A stretch of DNA of 64,000 nt. Source: Azolla caroliniana. Lineage: Eukaryota; Plantae; Polypodiophyta. The notes under the pieces were generated by a model that saw only the letters and a list, made by a program, of their open reading frames with translations, made no database searches and was not told the DNA's origin. This document shows positions 21,109-33,440 of this stretch, in pieces (positions within the stretch are counted from its first letter, which is position 1; every line of letters starts with the position of its first letter). The position numbers and the translations under genes are program-made. The stretch spans positions 19,902,001 to 19,966,000 of the forward strand of contig JBHGNT010000002.1 in assembly GCA_043228905.1 (NCBI GenBank), written 5' to 3'.

Positions 21109-21526
21109 AAAGGGGAGAATAATGTCACGACACAGTGACATAAAATATATAGTTGGTGAGGATTGAACCTATAATCTCACTCAACAAGATATCATGCTCA
21201 ACCATTTTGATATGAGCATTATCTAAAAATACTCTTTAGTCATGTACCTCTACAAAGCTCTAGAGGGTTCTAGAATGTTCTCCAGAATATTCTAATGCAT
21301 GTACTTCAACTCACAGTATAAATATTTGTAACCTCCTTGGTCCCTTTCAGGGGATTCAACACCAGTCATTGACACATCAATCCAGTATTCTCGTTTCGCC
21401 CCATCTTGTCTCATTGATCTTTATCTCTATCTTCATGCTTTTGTGTCATCCCATCTTCTTAAGTTCCACGCTCTTAGCCCCATCATTCGTGCTTCGTCTA
21501 GGTTCACGGTTGGTGTGTCCGTGACA
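21109..21526 (+). mobile_element. PPT plus 3' LTR (21123-21526) of a diverged sister chromovirus family
   Basis: aaggggagaataa|TGTCACG...CGTGACA. Shares ttctagaatgttc, TATA and ttcaacaccagtc motifs with the gypsy LTR. An APILAHP-coding remnant lies at about 21060. Confidence 0.7.
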
Positions 21527-23832
21527 ATAGGGTGAGAGCTGGTACAAATTTTGAATGTTAGTAGTGTTATCTTATTCTTTTTGTTGGTTATCTAGGTTTA
21601 GCTTATCATCATCTAAACAATCATTCATGGTGGTGTTAAGCACATGGCATATGTAGCAAGACCCATGAGCGACATTACCATTGGTGTTGGTATTAAAGAC
21701 TAAGTGGATGACCAAGAAAAGGGCAACACAACAAATATCACTTTTGTATCTTTGTGGACTCTTCTTGAATCTTGAGTTTAAAGTTCCTTACGATATCACG
21801 AAAAGTATATATGTATATATATTTCTATTTTATATATATATTCCTTTTGTGAATTTAGTGATTAGTGTTAAATACTTCTTAGCCAAAACCAAATCACTCA
21901 TCCTTTTGTATGTGTTGTGTTTGCTTATCATACTATCAGAGTGTAGTTATTTCTTATGCTTTGTAATCCCTTTTGTTGTGTTTGGTAGCATATATACCTA
22001 AGACGAAATCTTATTAGGGTATTAGTGACCTTGGTGCTTCTTAGCGAGGTTAGCGAAGTTAGTAGCTCGATTGTGCTTGAAAACCACTCTCACCCAACTC
22101 ATCATCAATAGGGTGAATGGTAGTTCGAACCCCGCGGTAAACCATATTGGTGTAGAGGCAAATTTCCATTAATGGAAAGAAGTGCCCAATAGGAATTAGC
22201 AATGGTTCTATTTCAGCTTAACTAGTTTGGCCTTGTCCAAACCAAATTGGTTAAGGCTTAACCGATTTGGGAGTTTTCAAACTTGAACCCAATAATCCAT
22301 CAACCATTTTAGCCAAATAGATTAAGCCTTAATTGGTTTGGGAACCAATTTGGCCCAAACAAATTTGGTTTGGCTTGAGCCTTGCCAAACCCATCTCAAA
22401 CCGATTAAGGAAGCTAAAGCCTACATCAAACCAAACTGAACTGCCAAACCGTTTAAAAATGGTTTAAGGACCTAGTTCAAGCTTGATGTGAGTCGTTGCC
22501 AACTCCTAATGCATAGGTGCAAACACCTTGAGCAGACACATATGTTTATAGCCAACACATGGCAATGGGGGTGTACACTTCCTCAAATGTCATTCATTCA
22601 TATTCTACCCTTAGGTTTGATATTTCTTATGGAAATAGATTTACTTCGCCGCTTCCAAAGTAAGAAAATGTGATTAGTTTGCTTGAGGATTATCTATGGA
22701 GTGTGCTCAATAGTGAATCTTGAATACTTAAATCCTTATTAGTATCATGCTCCCAAGTTTCAATGAGAGGTGTGGTATCTAATTCATAGGTAAAATCATC
22801 TATCCCAATTTTCATATTCTATTCATATGGGTATGCATTACAATTCCAAAAATCTAGTCATAAAAGACATGTGCTTGTCCTCATAGGTCACATGCCTCGA
22901 TTTGCCTAAATTTCCATCTTTGGACACATGCTTGACCTGATTTTCTATTTTTCTTTGTATGTTTTCTAACTTAATGTTCTCCATGCACAACCACGTTTGT
23001 GATACCATAATGCATATTAAAAGAGTTCTCTAATGACCTTTCTAAGGGATAAATTTGTTTCCATTTCTCCTCTTTTATCCTACAAATGATTATGTTCTTC
23101 GATCATTATTTAGGTTCTTTCAATTCTTGGGCATTTATACTTTCCACTTGCTTTCCTTCATTCATCCCATGCTTGATAAGCATGTTAGGTACAACATCGT
23201 TGCCACATGCATCGACCCACGACTTCGTTGTACACTTCACATCACTTCCCACCTCACTCACTATGTACATTTTTTTTACTCTTGCAAACCTTCTTTTAGC
23301 TCAATTTTGTTTAAACTCTCATTTGTTTTCGACCAAGCTAGCGTACATTCTCTCATTCTCAACAACAATAACTTGTGGTTTCGTATTCTCCCTCATGAAC
23401 ACTGTAGTCTGTAATCTATATTCACCTTTGCAACGTTAACGATTTCCTGAAAAAAGAAATCAAATGACTAATAAGCAATGTTTGATTTCCTCATGGAGTG
23501 AAGTTGTTACATCGGGGCTGAGAATGTTCGGTGATTTTGGCTCATTATTGTTCATATTCCAAGGCTTTAATGAGAAGTATAATTGTGAAATGTGTATGCT
23601 TTTAGTTTATCACAAAATCTATCTTCAAAGGTATTGCCATAGCTTCCATACAAGTAGCAATGGGCCCGGTTCGGTTTCTTGCCCTTGAAACCGAACCGAA
23701 CCGAACCGAACCATAGTGATCCCCATCTCCATCTCCATCTCCATCTCCATCTTCTGCTTCTGCTTCTTCTTCTTCTTCTTCTTCTTCTTCTCTGTGTCAC
23801 TAACACACGAAGAATAGAAGAGAAGCAAAAAA

Positions 23833-26800
23833 ATGTTGAGGTTCTCTAGCGTCTTCATCTCTTCTTTGCCATCGCTCTGCCATCGCCCTCCTTCCATGAT
23901 CTCTGCCCGACCTTCCATGAGACCATTTTATATGCAACCACCATCATCATCATCATCATCTTCTTCTTCTTCCTCTTCTTTAAATATTTGTAGAGCTTCT
24001 TCTTCTTCCTTCTCCTCTTCCTCTTCCTCGTCTTCTTCTTCTTCTTCTTCTTCTGCACAAAATCATCGTGAAAGGCTTCTTCAACACTTGCTTCTCAGAG
24101 AAGATCAGCTTACTCTGCTGTTAGACCTTCAGCGTGAGGCACAGCAAGGCAGGTTAGTTTTCTTTGTTTCCTTCTTCTTATTATTTCTCTTTTTAGAACG
24201 TCCGTTAATAGGTAAAACAAAACAAACAAACAAAATTTATTTCTCGTGCGTGCATTAATTAGAAAGACAGAAAAATATGCGTTTTTCTCTCTCTTCTCTG
24301 CAAATTATGGTGATTCAATGCAGTGATTTGAGTGATTTAGCAACAGAACATTCTATATGCTCCTCCAAGAGTGATGGTGGCATGCTGGGATGGGTTCAGA
24401 GGGGCCAGATGGTAAGTATAGCTACTCGAAAAGAAACTATATTAAAACTGCATTATATTGGTTAAAACGAACAACAAAGGTTATGGGCATACACGACATT
24501 ATACAATTAAAGGAGTCAATTCATCATGGAGTCTGTGATGCTAGAGCGAAGGATTTGCCATTGGATATCTGAATCGATGATGAATTTCTTTCTTTCTTTG
24601 ATAATCCTAGGTACCAGAGTTTGAAGAAGCTGCATTTTCAGCTCCTCTGAATAAGATTGTCCGTGTGAAAACTAAATTTGGATGGCACCTCGTTCAAGCC
24701 CTTGCTGAGAGGTAAACTTCTTTTTCCATTAAATCAGCCATTTTTCTTCTTCTTTTGTTTTGATGGATAACCATACACACAAAGTTTTTTATGGGGATGA
24801 TGAATTCAACATTTCCTTAACCTAGATCCCGAGCATAGTGTCGACATAAAATTGCCCGAAACCAGCATTTAACAATTTGCTTTAGAAGAAAGAAAGCTAT
24901 GCTTGTTCCTTGCACCATCTTATTGTATGTATGTAGATGTATATTGACCTTCACTTGCATTTGGGCACTATGTGTATGTTGTGATGCTAGTGCTCTGATA
25001 ACTTTCTACATGTAGTTGTCAACAATGTATGCTCCGATTTGTTGTAAATTTGTATCTACCTAAAATACTCATAGTTCCGATCATTAAAACCTAGTTATTT
25101 ATAAATTCAATGAGGTGGAATCACCAGTGGGGGGTAGAATAATCCTCTCTACCTTATGGACAAGACATGATTGATGCAACCTCTTACCATATATATTAGA
25201 TAAGACTTAGTGATATAGGTCTTCTTTGCCCAAACTACTGCAATGAATACCAGTTAAATTTCAAGTACTGCCTTTCAGAAGAAGGGGTCCTTATCAACAT
25301 CCATGAATAGTGACCTTTAGGAGACACATGTGGCAGTGCCATCAGAATTTAACTCTTGCAGCTCCTCATTCTTTGAATACAATGACTTGGTTAAACCAGA
25401 TCCCAAGGGCTTGGTAACAATGCAACCAACAATCAGATAGTTATGAATGTTTATCTATGTAGGAATATGAAAAGTCTATGATGTTTGTGCTATATGCAGA
25501 TAATTTCATTACTCATAATGACATGAGAGGAGAGCCCATGAAGATCTTCATATCCAATCACTATTGCTACTAAACAGTGGCAAATATTGGTTTGTTTGTC
25601 AGTAGTACAATGACACATATAGAGGTCAATGCTAAGTTATGTGTCAGAAGTATATAGAAACAAAAATTGGGCTGTACAAGAAGTTTGTCAGTAGCACGGT
25701 GTGTTGAACTTAAGAAGAATGGTTAATACAATATGGAAATGTCTGGAAAATGATTAGAAGGAGAGCAAATAAGCAGATTAGTGGATTGTGGATGAATGAT
25801 GAGGAACCCAGGGAACAAGAGAAAGAGAACAAGGCAATGCCATAAGATAAATGATTTAGCAAACTATAAGTTAACATCCAAAACTGAAGGAACTATTAGA
25901 CTTCATCATTGGTGGTATCGAGATGTTTGGCCAGTTCCCAACTAGCTTCTGATACAGGGTAGCATTCCATCAGACTAGCTATGATAGTTTCCACTCTAGT
26001 TGGTGACTAGTGATCAAGGAATACAGTGTGGAACCAAACGACCAGTTCCCAAGTAGCTTCTGATACAGGGTAGTATTCCGTCAGACTAGATATAATAGTT
26101 TCCACTCTAGTTGGTGAATAGTGATCAAGGAATACAGTGCGGAGCCAAACAGGCATAGGGAGCTGCATCTATCATAGCATATGCCATTCACATGTTGATC
26201 ATATCCCATTGATGATCACTGCAAACTGTTGTCTTGTGTATTCCCATTTTTTTAGTTCAATGCTTGTGCATACATGTATCTGTTTGATTTATTGATTAGG
26301 AAAGTTTTTAGTATAGAAACTCCTTTAAAATTGGAGAGAGGACCAAAGCATCAACCGCAATGTTTTTCTTGATTAATGATCCAAGTATCAGTGTTGAAGA
26401 CTACAATCTATGTTTAGTTTCTCTATAAACTGGCAATTTATCATCTAATTGTCTTTGCCCTCTGCTTGAATCTTAAGTGAACAACACGGCCAGGCTAGAT
26501 AAAGCCATAGAGATGATCGTAGGGACATTTGTCCAATTCATTGGGAAAGAAGTCTCATGCTACTTGGAGGCTTACAAAGCCAAGATGCTTATGAGAGACA
26601 TACTAGAGGCAAGGTGGTTAAGCATCTTTGCAAGGGTCGTAACGCCAAGCCTCCCACGAGACAAAGAAGAACTTGAATGATTGGGTCGAGTCACCTGGAA
26701 AGGCGATGAGCTCCTCTACAGCATTTCAAGAGTTCAAGAAGTGGCAGTGAACTATATATCGAAGAACCAGCCAGCATTACTATACGGGGAAAGATGCATC

Positions 26801-29800
26801 ATGTTCTTTTGAGTTCTTTAACACAATCAGTGTAATCCCCTCACACATTAATACAATCATTTCAAGAGTTCAAGAAGTGGCAGTGAACTATATATCGAAG
26901 AACCAGCCAGCATTACTATACGGGGAAAGATGCATCATGTTCTTTTGAGTTCTTTAACACAATCAGTGTAATCCCCTCACACATTAATACAATCATTTCA
27001 AGAGTTCAAGAAGTGGCAGTGAACTATATATCGAAGAACCAGCCAGCATTACTATACGGGGAAAGATGCATCATGTTCTTTTGAGTTCTTTAACACAATC
27101 AGTGTAATCCCCTCACACATTAATACAATCATTTCAAGAGTTCAAGAAGTGGCAGTGAACTATATATCGAAGAACCAGCCAGCATTACTATACGGGGAAA
27201 GATGCATCATGTTCTTTTGAGTTCTTTAACACAATCAGTGTAATCCCCTCACACATTAATACAATCATTTCAAGAGTTCAAGAAGTGGCAGTGAACTATA
27301 TATCGAAGAACCAGCCAGCATTACTATACGGGGAAAGATGCATCATGTTCTTTTGAGTTCTTTAACACAATCAGTGTAATCCCCTCACACATTAATACAA
27401 TCATTTCAAGAGTTCAAGAAGTGGCAGTGAACTATATATCGAAGAACCAGCCAGCATTACTATACGGGGAAAGATGCATCATGTTCTTTTGAGTTCTTTA
27501 ACACAATCAGTGTAATCCCCTCACACATTAATACGTGAACTGAACCTCGAAACTTGAATGCTGCAAGCAGCAAATAACATTTCCTATATGCCCATATGGA
27601 GCTTAAGCATACGTAGTACATCCAGGGTGGCCCATGGCATTTGCTTAAGCCCATCATGGAGTGCCATATCGATCACTTTGAGAAATAACGTACATCTTCT
27701 ATCCCCCTTGACAATGGCGCAAAGGGTTAAATGTGATCCAAGGTAGAAAAATCATCAGTATCCTTCCTATCTCCAGGTGCTCTTTGCCATTCTTTCCATG
27801 CTAATAAGATCCTCCAATAATGCTTAGAAAATCAAATTAGAGTCTTGGTCCTCTAGATTCCGAATCTTCTATAATTGTTAACTTTTTTAAATCAATCTTA
27901 CAATTAGGATCTAATTCTTTCACAATGATGAGAAATAGTTTTTGACTTAATTTTCTTTTCTTATCAGAATGTGTTAGGATTTCTCTCCTGGCAATCTTCA
28001 AATTTGTATGAATTGACGAATCCATCTAAAGTTGAATTCTAATGGAAATTATCTATTATGTAGCAAACACTGCAATCGCTTCATTAAATACTGACCGAAC
28101 TTGAGAAGTTCACTGTGCTGGATAGATCTATTGTGAGGGAGAAGAATTTTTGTCTTGTTCTAAAGCTCAACCTGGATAAGTTTTGGCAACACAGGGAATC
28201 GAGCTTCTTAAAGGAGGTTCAGCCAGACGAACTTCATTCTCGTTTACAGGATCCTAGCTTTCTCTCAGAGTCTCAGCTTATTGATGTTCGTGAACCAGAT
28301 GAAATGTAAGTAATGAAACCAAACCAAACACATATTATGATTTTAATTTTCAAATGTATTCCAATTTTGAATGGTTAAATGAAAACTGTCATGTACAAAT
28401 TCATGCATGATCCCTTATTTAATTGATCAAGTATAAATCAGCATGGTCAAGTACATAATCTCCTTGAAAAGTGCTGAATACTGTTAGTTTTTTTCTTGAG
28501 TTTCTTATCTTCCTAGCTCAGTTTACCCGTACATTCTTGGGACATTCTTAAAGATAGATTTTATTATCTTATTGGGATGTCAAGTATTACCTATGGGACC
28601 AAGTGAAATATTTTCATGTAACAAATGTGAAGTTGATAAATGACTCTGGTCAAGAACTTTACTGAGTTTGAAAGTTGCAATAAAGTTGCACAATGTGACA
28701 GCAATTTGTGCAGGAAACAGGCCAGAGTTGAATATGTGGCACAAGCAAGCTCAGATTTAATCGAAAGTCCAAAGTCTGGTCAAGAACTCTACTGAGTTTG
28801 AAAATTGCAATAAAGATTGCACAATGTGGCAGAAATTTGTGCAATAAACAGGCCAGAGTTGAATATCTGGCACAAGCAATCGCAGATTTAATTGAAGCTC
28901 AGCTTTGCATTTGTCATACTCAGGCTTGCAAACAAGGACAAACTTGTTTGCATCCAAAGTCCAAAGTCCAAAGTGGGAAATCTTCAAACACATTTCACAA
29001 TATATGACGTTACAGACAAATGATAAGATTACCAAATTTGAGTTAGATTTACCAATACTGCCATTGAAGCAAGAGATACTAGTTTGTACTGTACATTTTT
29101 AGGTCTGCCCAAACTTCATTAGGTGGTGTACCGTGTAACTATTTGTCTTTGTGAAAAATAGGAATTTCTATTTGCCTTTGTTTTCATGTTTGATATGCTT
29201 CCACAATTATTTCAGTCATTGAATGATTCATTCCTACTACCTTTATCTATCTTCTACTCTGTCACAATTTTTGTTTATTCCTTCCGAAATCCCTCTTCTG
29301 CCCACCCATTCTATTCTTCTCTTCCTCTTATTTCTACCTTTCTCTCTCCTCATCCATCATGTAATGATTTCTGATGTGTGCCCCTCTTCTCAATCATTCA
29401 TGTGGGACGAAATGCTTCTATCTTTCTTTAATTTCTCTCATACAGTTCCTTAGGGATGGCATGTGAAGTTATTATTTCTCCTTACTGTGACATTTCGACA
29501 ATAAATCTAAATGGGCTTGTTTACAGATCAACTGCAGCAATTGCAGGATTTAAACCTTATCCATTAAGCCAGTTCAGTCAATGGGGTCCACAAATTTCAA
29601 TGGAGCTTGATACCTCTAAAGATACATATGTACTGGTAATGTAGTCTCTATACTTTCTAGCTTAAGATTGTAAAAATGCTTAAAACCTGATCAAAATCAA
29701 ACCCAGCCTTCAATATGATGATGTTTGTATAGGTGTGATGTCTCTCTAGTTCCAGCCAAAGCTAACAGAAACAGGGGTTAAATGTGAACAAATTAAACCT

Positions 29801-30058
29801 AGTCTTGAATATGATGGCTGTTTGTGTATTTGCAGTGTCACCATGGAATTCGATCCTTACAAGCAGCACAGTGGTTGAAAACACAGGTTGATAATTTTTC
29901 CTTGTATTTTGATATGAACTGCAAAAAAGGGTTCTTTAATCACATACTTATCTTTGAATGGCATTTTTGCAAAGCAGGGTTTTATGAAACTCTATAATGT
30001 TGCGGGTGGAATACATCAGTATTCATTAAAGGCTGATAGAAGCATTCCAACTTATTAG
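23833..30058 (+). CDS. STR12: Rhodanese-like/PpiC (parvulin) domain protein 12-like, probably organelle-targeted. Exons 23833-24152, 24324-24411, 24611-24711, 28195-28305, 29527-29635, 29836-29886, 29978-30058
   Basis: GT-AG introns keep frame. Motifs: DLSDLATEHSICSSKSDGGMLGW, VPEFEEAAF...KTKFGWHL, LIDVREPDE, CHHGIRS, GGIHQYS. Ser-rich N-terminal transit peptide. Confidence 0.92.
25931..26150 (+). repeat. 111-bp tandem duplication in STR12 intron 3
   Basis: ccagttccca...ccaaac starts at 25931 and again at 26042. Confidence 0.85.
26477..26810 (+). mobile_element. Degenerate retrotransposon gag-like fragment
   Basis: QFIGKEVSCYLEAY...RWLSIFARVV resembles a gypsy gag N-terminus; weak. Confidence 0.4.
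26722..27534 (+). repeat. 136-bp tandem array, 6 copies
   Basis: Units start at 26722, 26858, 26994, 27130, 27266 and 27402; no differences seen. Confidence 0.97.
28645..28893 (+). repeat. 130-bp tandem duplication in STR12 intron 4
   Basis: tctggtcaagaact occurs at 28645 and 28775. Confidence 0.85.
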
Positions 30059-30073
30059 AGCAATTGGATATGG

Positions 30074-30112
<39 letters not shown>

Positions 30113-31124
30113 CATCCTAGCCAGAGGCCAGAGCAGGTGTATGATAATTACTTTTTCACTGTCTTGAAATGTACAAACAGGCTGTTCATGTTTTTAATGT
30201 GTCCAACAATTTTCTATGTATTTCAATTTATCCTAAATTTAATGTACAAACTGCTAGTTTTCCGAATTTAAGATCTAAGTCAGAATATTAAAAGATTGGG
30301 TCATTATCAGACTTTGATATTATCCATTAAAAGTGTACATAGTTCTTCTAATATGCAAAATTGATGAGGTGTATATTAGCAACACTAGCACATCCAATCT
30401 ATCAACAAATTTGAAAACTCCAAAGGACTTGGAATGTATATTCGAAGTGCTCTTCAGTATGTGTGTGTGTGTATGCGTACATACATATGCAAGTACTCAT
30501 AATTTTTGCATTGTCACAATAACTATTCCAAATGGATTTGGTCTTTTCTCCCCCAAAACCTTAGAAAGACATGTTGCATTATTCTAGTATGTATTAAGAT
30601 GTTTAATGCATTACATGAACATGAGGTGTATTGAACCATGGCTTACCCCAACCAACACATGCATGTTCTTTGCAAGTTCAATTCCAAATATGTGCATTCT
30701 TTGACCTATCTATGCTATGCAGGTTATTATGCATGTTCTTTTGTGGACTTGGTGCAGTGCCATATGTACTATTACAAACAAGCTTTATAATATATATCAA
30801 TGGCCCAATGGTATAAGAATAAAATGTCGTTATAGCATGTTCTTCAATTAGAACTCCTTTCTAAAGTGTGAGGATAAGAATAAATGCCAAACTTTGACAT
30901 GGAGGACATAATTTTTACCATGAGCACCAAAAACCATCACAAACTTCTCAATATAAATATTATTGATTTTTATTGCAACTTTAAATGTTATAGAATTTCC
31001 ACGAAACTTTTGATGAATCCAGAGGCATTCTTATATAATATCTTCTAGATTTGTTAATAGACCAAGCTTCCTTTTATCATTCACTTAATAATTCAACTCG
31101 TATCATCTAAATAAATTTTTGCTT

Positions 31125-31520
31125 TCATTCTTCCATCCCAACTATCAATTTCCACACATCATATTTCAAGTCTCTCAACTTTTGCCAACAACTGAATATA
31201 TGCTCCTCATGTAAATAAAAGCATGTTTTATCTAACTGTACCAATTGCTCAAATACCCATTTTCCAAGTTCCACATCAACCCATTTGTAGCAAGCACCTA
31301 AGCTAACCAAAAAGGCAAATGATCAAAAGTCGACATTTTTTCAATCACAACCATGCCTTTATTGAAGTATCTTGCCCAATTGAAAAAATAAATTATATAT
31401 GTGTAGTGATGTAACATTGGAGTGACACCAAGAGTGTAACATTGTGTCCTACAATTATCTTTGCCCCCATTGGGAATAACCAAGAGTTCCATTTCCAACA
31501 TATGCCTACTTTTATGAAAC
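31125..31520 (-). pseudogene. PLS/E-class PPR pseudogene fragment
   Basis: W..SLGACYKWVDVELGKWVFEQLVQLD is an E-domain signature; disrupted. Confidence 0.65.
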
Positions 31521-31739
31521 ATTACATGGACTTTTAGAATAGGTTGTCATCCTTTTTAAAATTATCAAAATATGGTTGCATGATTGTAGTCCTCTTTCAT
31601 ATTATTATCGTCCTAATAGGTCAATATCACCAATTGGACCAAAAGCTTATGGAGTATGTGGGGAATGAGAGTCATGATTCTCAATGTCCAAGAATTTTAC
31701 ACGCGCACACACACAAGAATACATCTTAGATATGACTTT

Positions 31740-33420
31740 GTTTGAGGATTTGTAGTCGCGATGTCTTTTCTTGTGGCCCCTATTCCAAAAATGGTAGAGG
31801 GACCATGGAAGGATTTGTTATTTGATGGTAAGAAATTGATATTAGCAATGCACACCAATGATGTATATAATAACTTGATTGAAGGTATAACTTTAGCTAG
31901 TGATGGAAGTTTCACATACATGGAATATTACCCATTGTATACAATGGTGGCATCAGTTTCCCAATGTAGGATGGCATTCTCATATTCCATTCCATGTAGA
32001 AGTGTTTCTTTGGTAACCAATGGTGGGTGGGTTGTCGTTGGGGATAGCTTTAAAGCATTGACATATTTCCAATAGGGCATGTTTTTTCTATACATTCCTC
32101 ACATACTGATTACTAAGAAAATTTGGTTTGTTATGTTCCAACTTTGGGCATCGTTAACTTGGGATGTTTTGTAACCCCTTTAAGATTGTAAAGGTTTTTG
32201 TGTGTCATGTTGTTGTATAAAAGTATATTTGCCAAGAGAGAGGTCTTGTTGTCATAATTAAAGGTCAAATAAAACATATATGACCAAGATGCAACATTTT
32301 TAAGTAGTGTCACTTGGTAAGTGACTTTTGATGTTCAAATATTTTGGTAACAAATATTCTAGTTAAGATCACACATTGTAGCTAAGAGAGATATATGTTT
32401 GACCAAGAATTTTTGGGGTTTGGAAATATACAAAACTGATGAATTTCTACTCATGTGCCCTAATGCACTATCTCACATCAAAGAGGATATGAGACGAAAT
32501 AATACGAATGGTGGACAACAAAATGGGCTCCAATGAGTGTGGGTGTGTGGAAAATAAAATGATTTTGTAGTTTGGTGTCAAATATGTAGTGTATTGTGTG
32601 AAGGATGAACCTCTTCCACATCTCTCCCAAGCCATGATAGATTAGCGCTATAGAAAAACCCACATTTTTACTTGCTTCCCATGAATGATATCAAGTTATT
32701 TTTAACATTAATAAGGTATTCCACAATCTCCATTCCTATGATATCAAATTTCAATGGGAAATTGAGTGGCTTCAAGAAGGAGCATTCACCTCAATCCCAA
32801 TGTATAACAACTTTCCTATAACTTCGTGTGGTTGATTATTCTAAATAATGTACAATTCCTCCTGATTTTGAGTATTTACAAGCACAACTTTGTTTTAGAG
32901 CTAATGAGAGTCTGTTTAGCATGCATGTGAAACATTATAATACACTCACTCACTTTTATGCATCTTCTAGAGTATTCGGTAAAAGCACCAATCATCAACA
33001 TCTAACAAAAGCATGAAAATTACATTCCCATTAGTAAACTCTTCAATGCCTTGTTGTTTTGTGAACTCCTTAAACATTTGATTCAATTCACAATGCATAA
33101 ATAAAAAAGAGATGGTGAGCATGGCAAAACATCAATAGTGGTAGTGAAAAACTCTGAAACTCCATGTCCCAAATGCACACGAACCATCTCAATCTCATAG
33201 ATCTAAGAAATTTTGTGTATTTTACAAATACATTGTCAGGGTTCCATACTAAAAGCTTCCTTGAAGTCAATGAAATAACTACTTAATCCTCTACCCTTCA
33301 ACATACATTCCTACACTAGCATTCAAAGAGCGACAAAGGTGATCAATAGGGCTACAAAGTTTTGATTCGATTACTTACATCTTCCCCTTTTTTTATGTAA
33401 AGGTTTGATCCCATGCATAC
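31740..33420 (-). mobile_element. Highly degenerate RTE-like LINE remnant
   Basis: 33375-33412 (ttacatcttcccc...tgtaaaggtttgatcc) matches 1414-1446. The rest is only weakly recognisable. Confidence 0.45.
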
Positions 33421-33440
33421 TCTAGTAACAAAGGATACTT

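Noticed and set aside
21530-22095. MITE bounded by gggtgagag(c)tggt / accactctcaccc
   Set aside because: A short inverted match with no target-site duplication; insufficient support.
22105-22140. tRNA/SINE B box (gttcgaacccc)
   Set aside because: No correctly spaced A box or tRNA-like body.
26722-27534. CRISPR-like array
   Set aside because: Units are identical end to end, with no unique spacers or cas genes, and lie in a eukaryotic intron.
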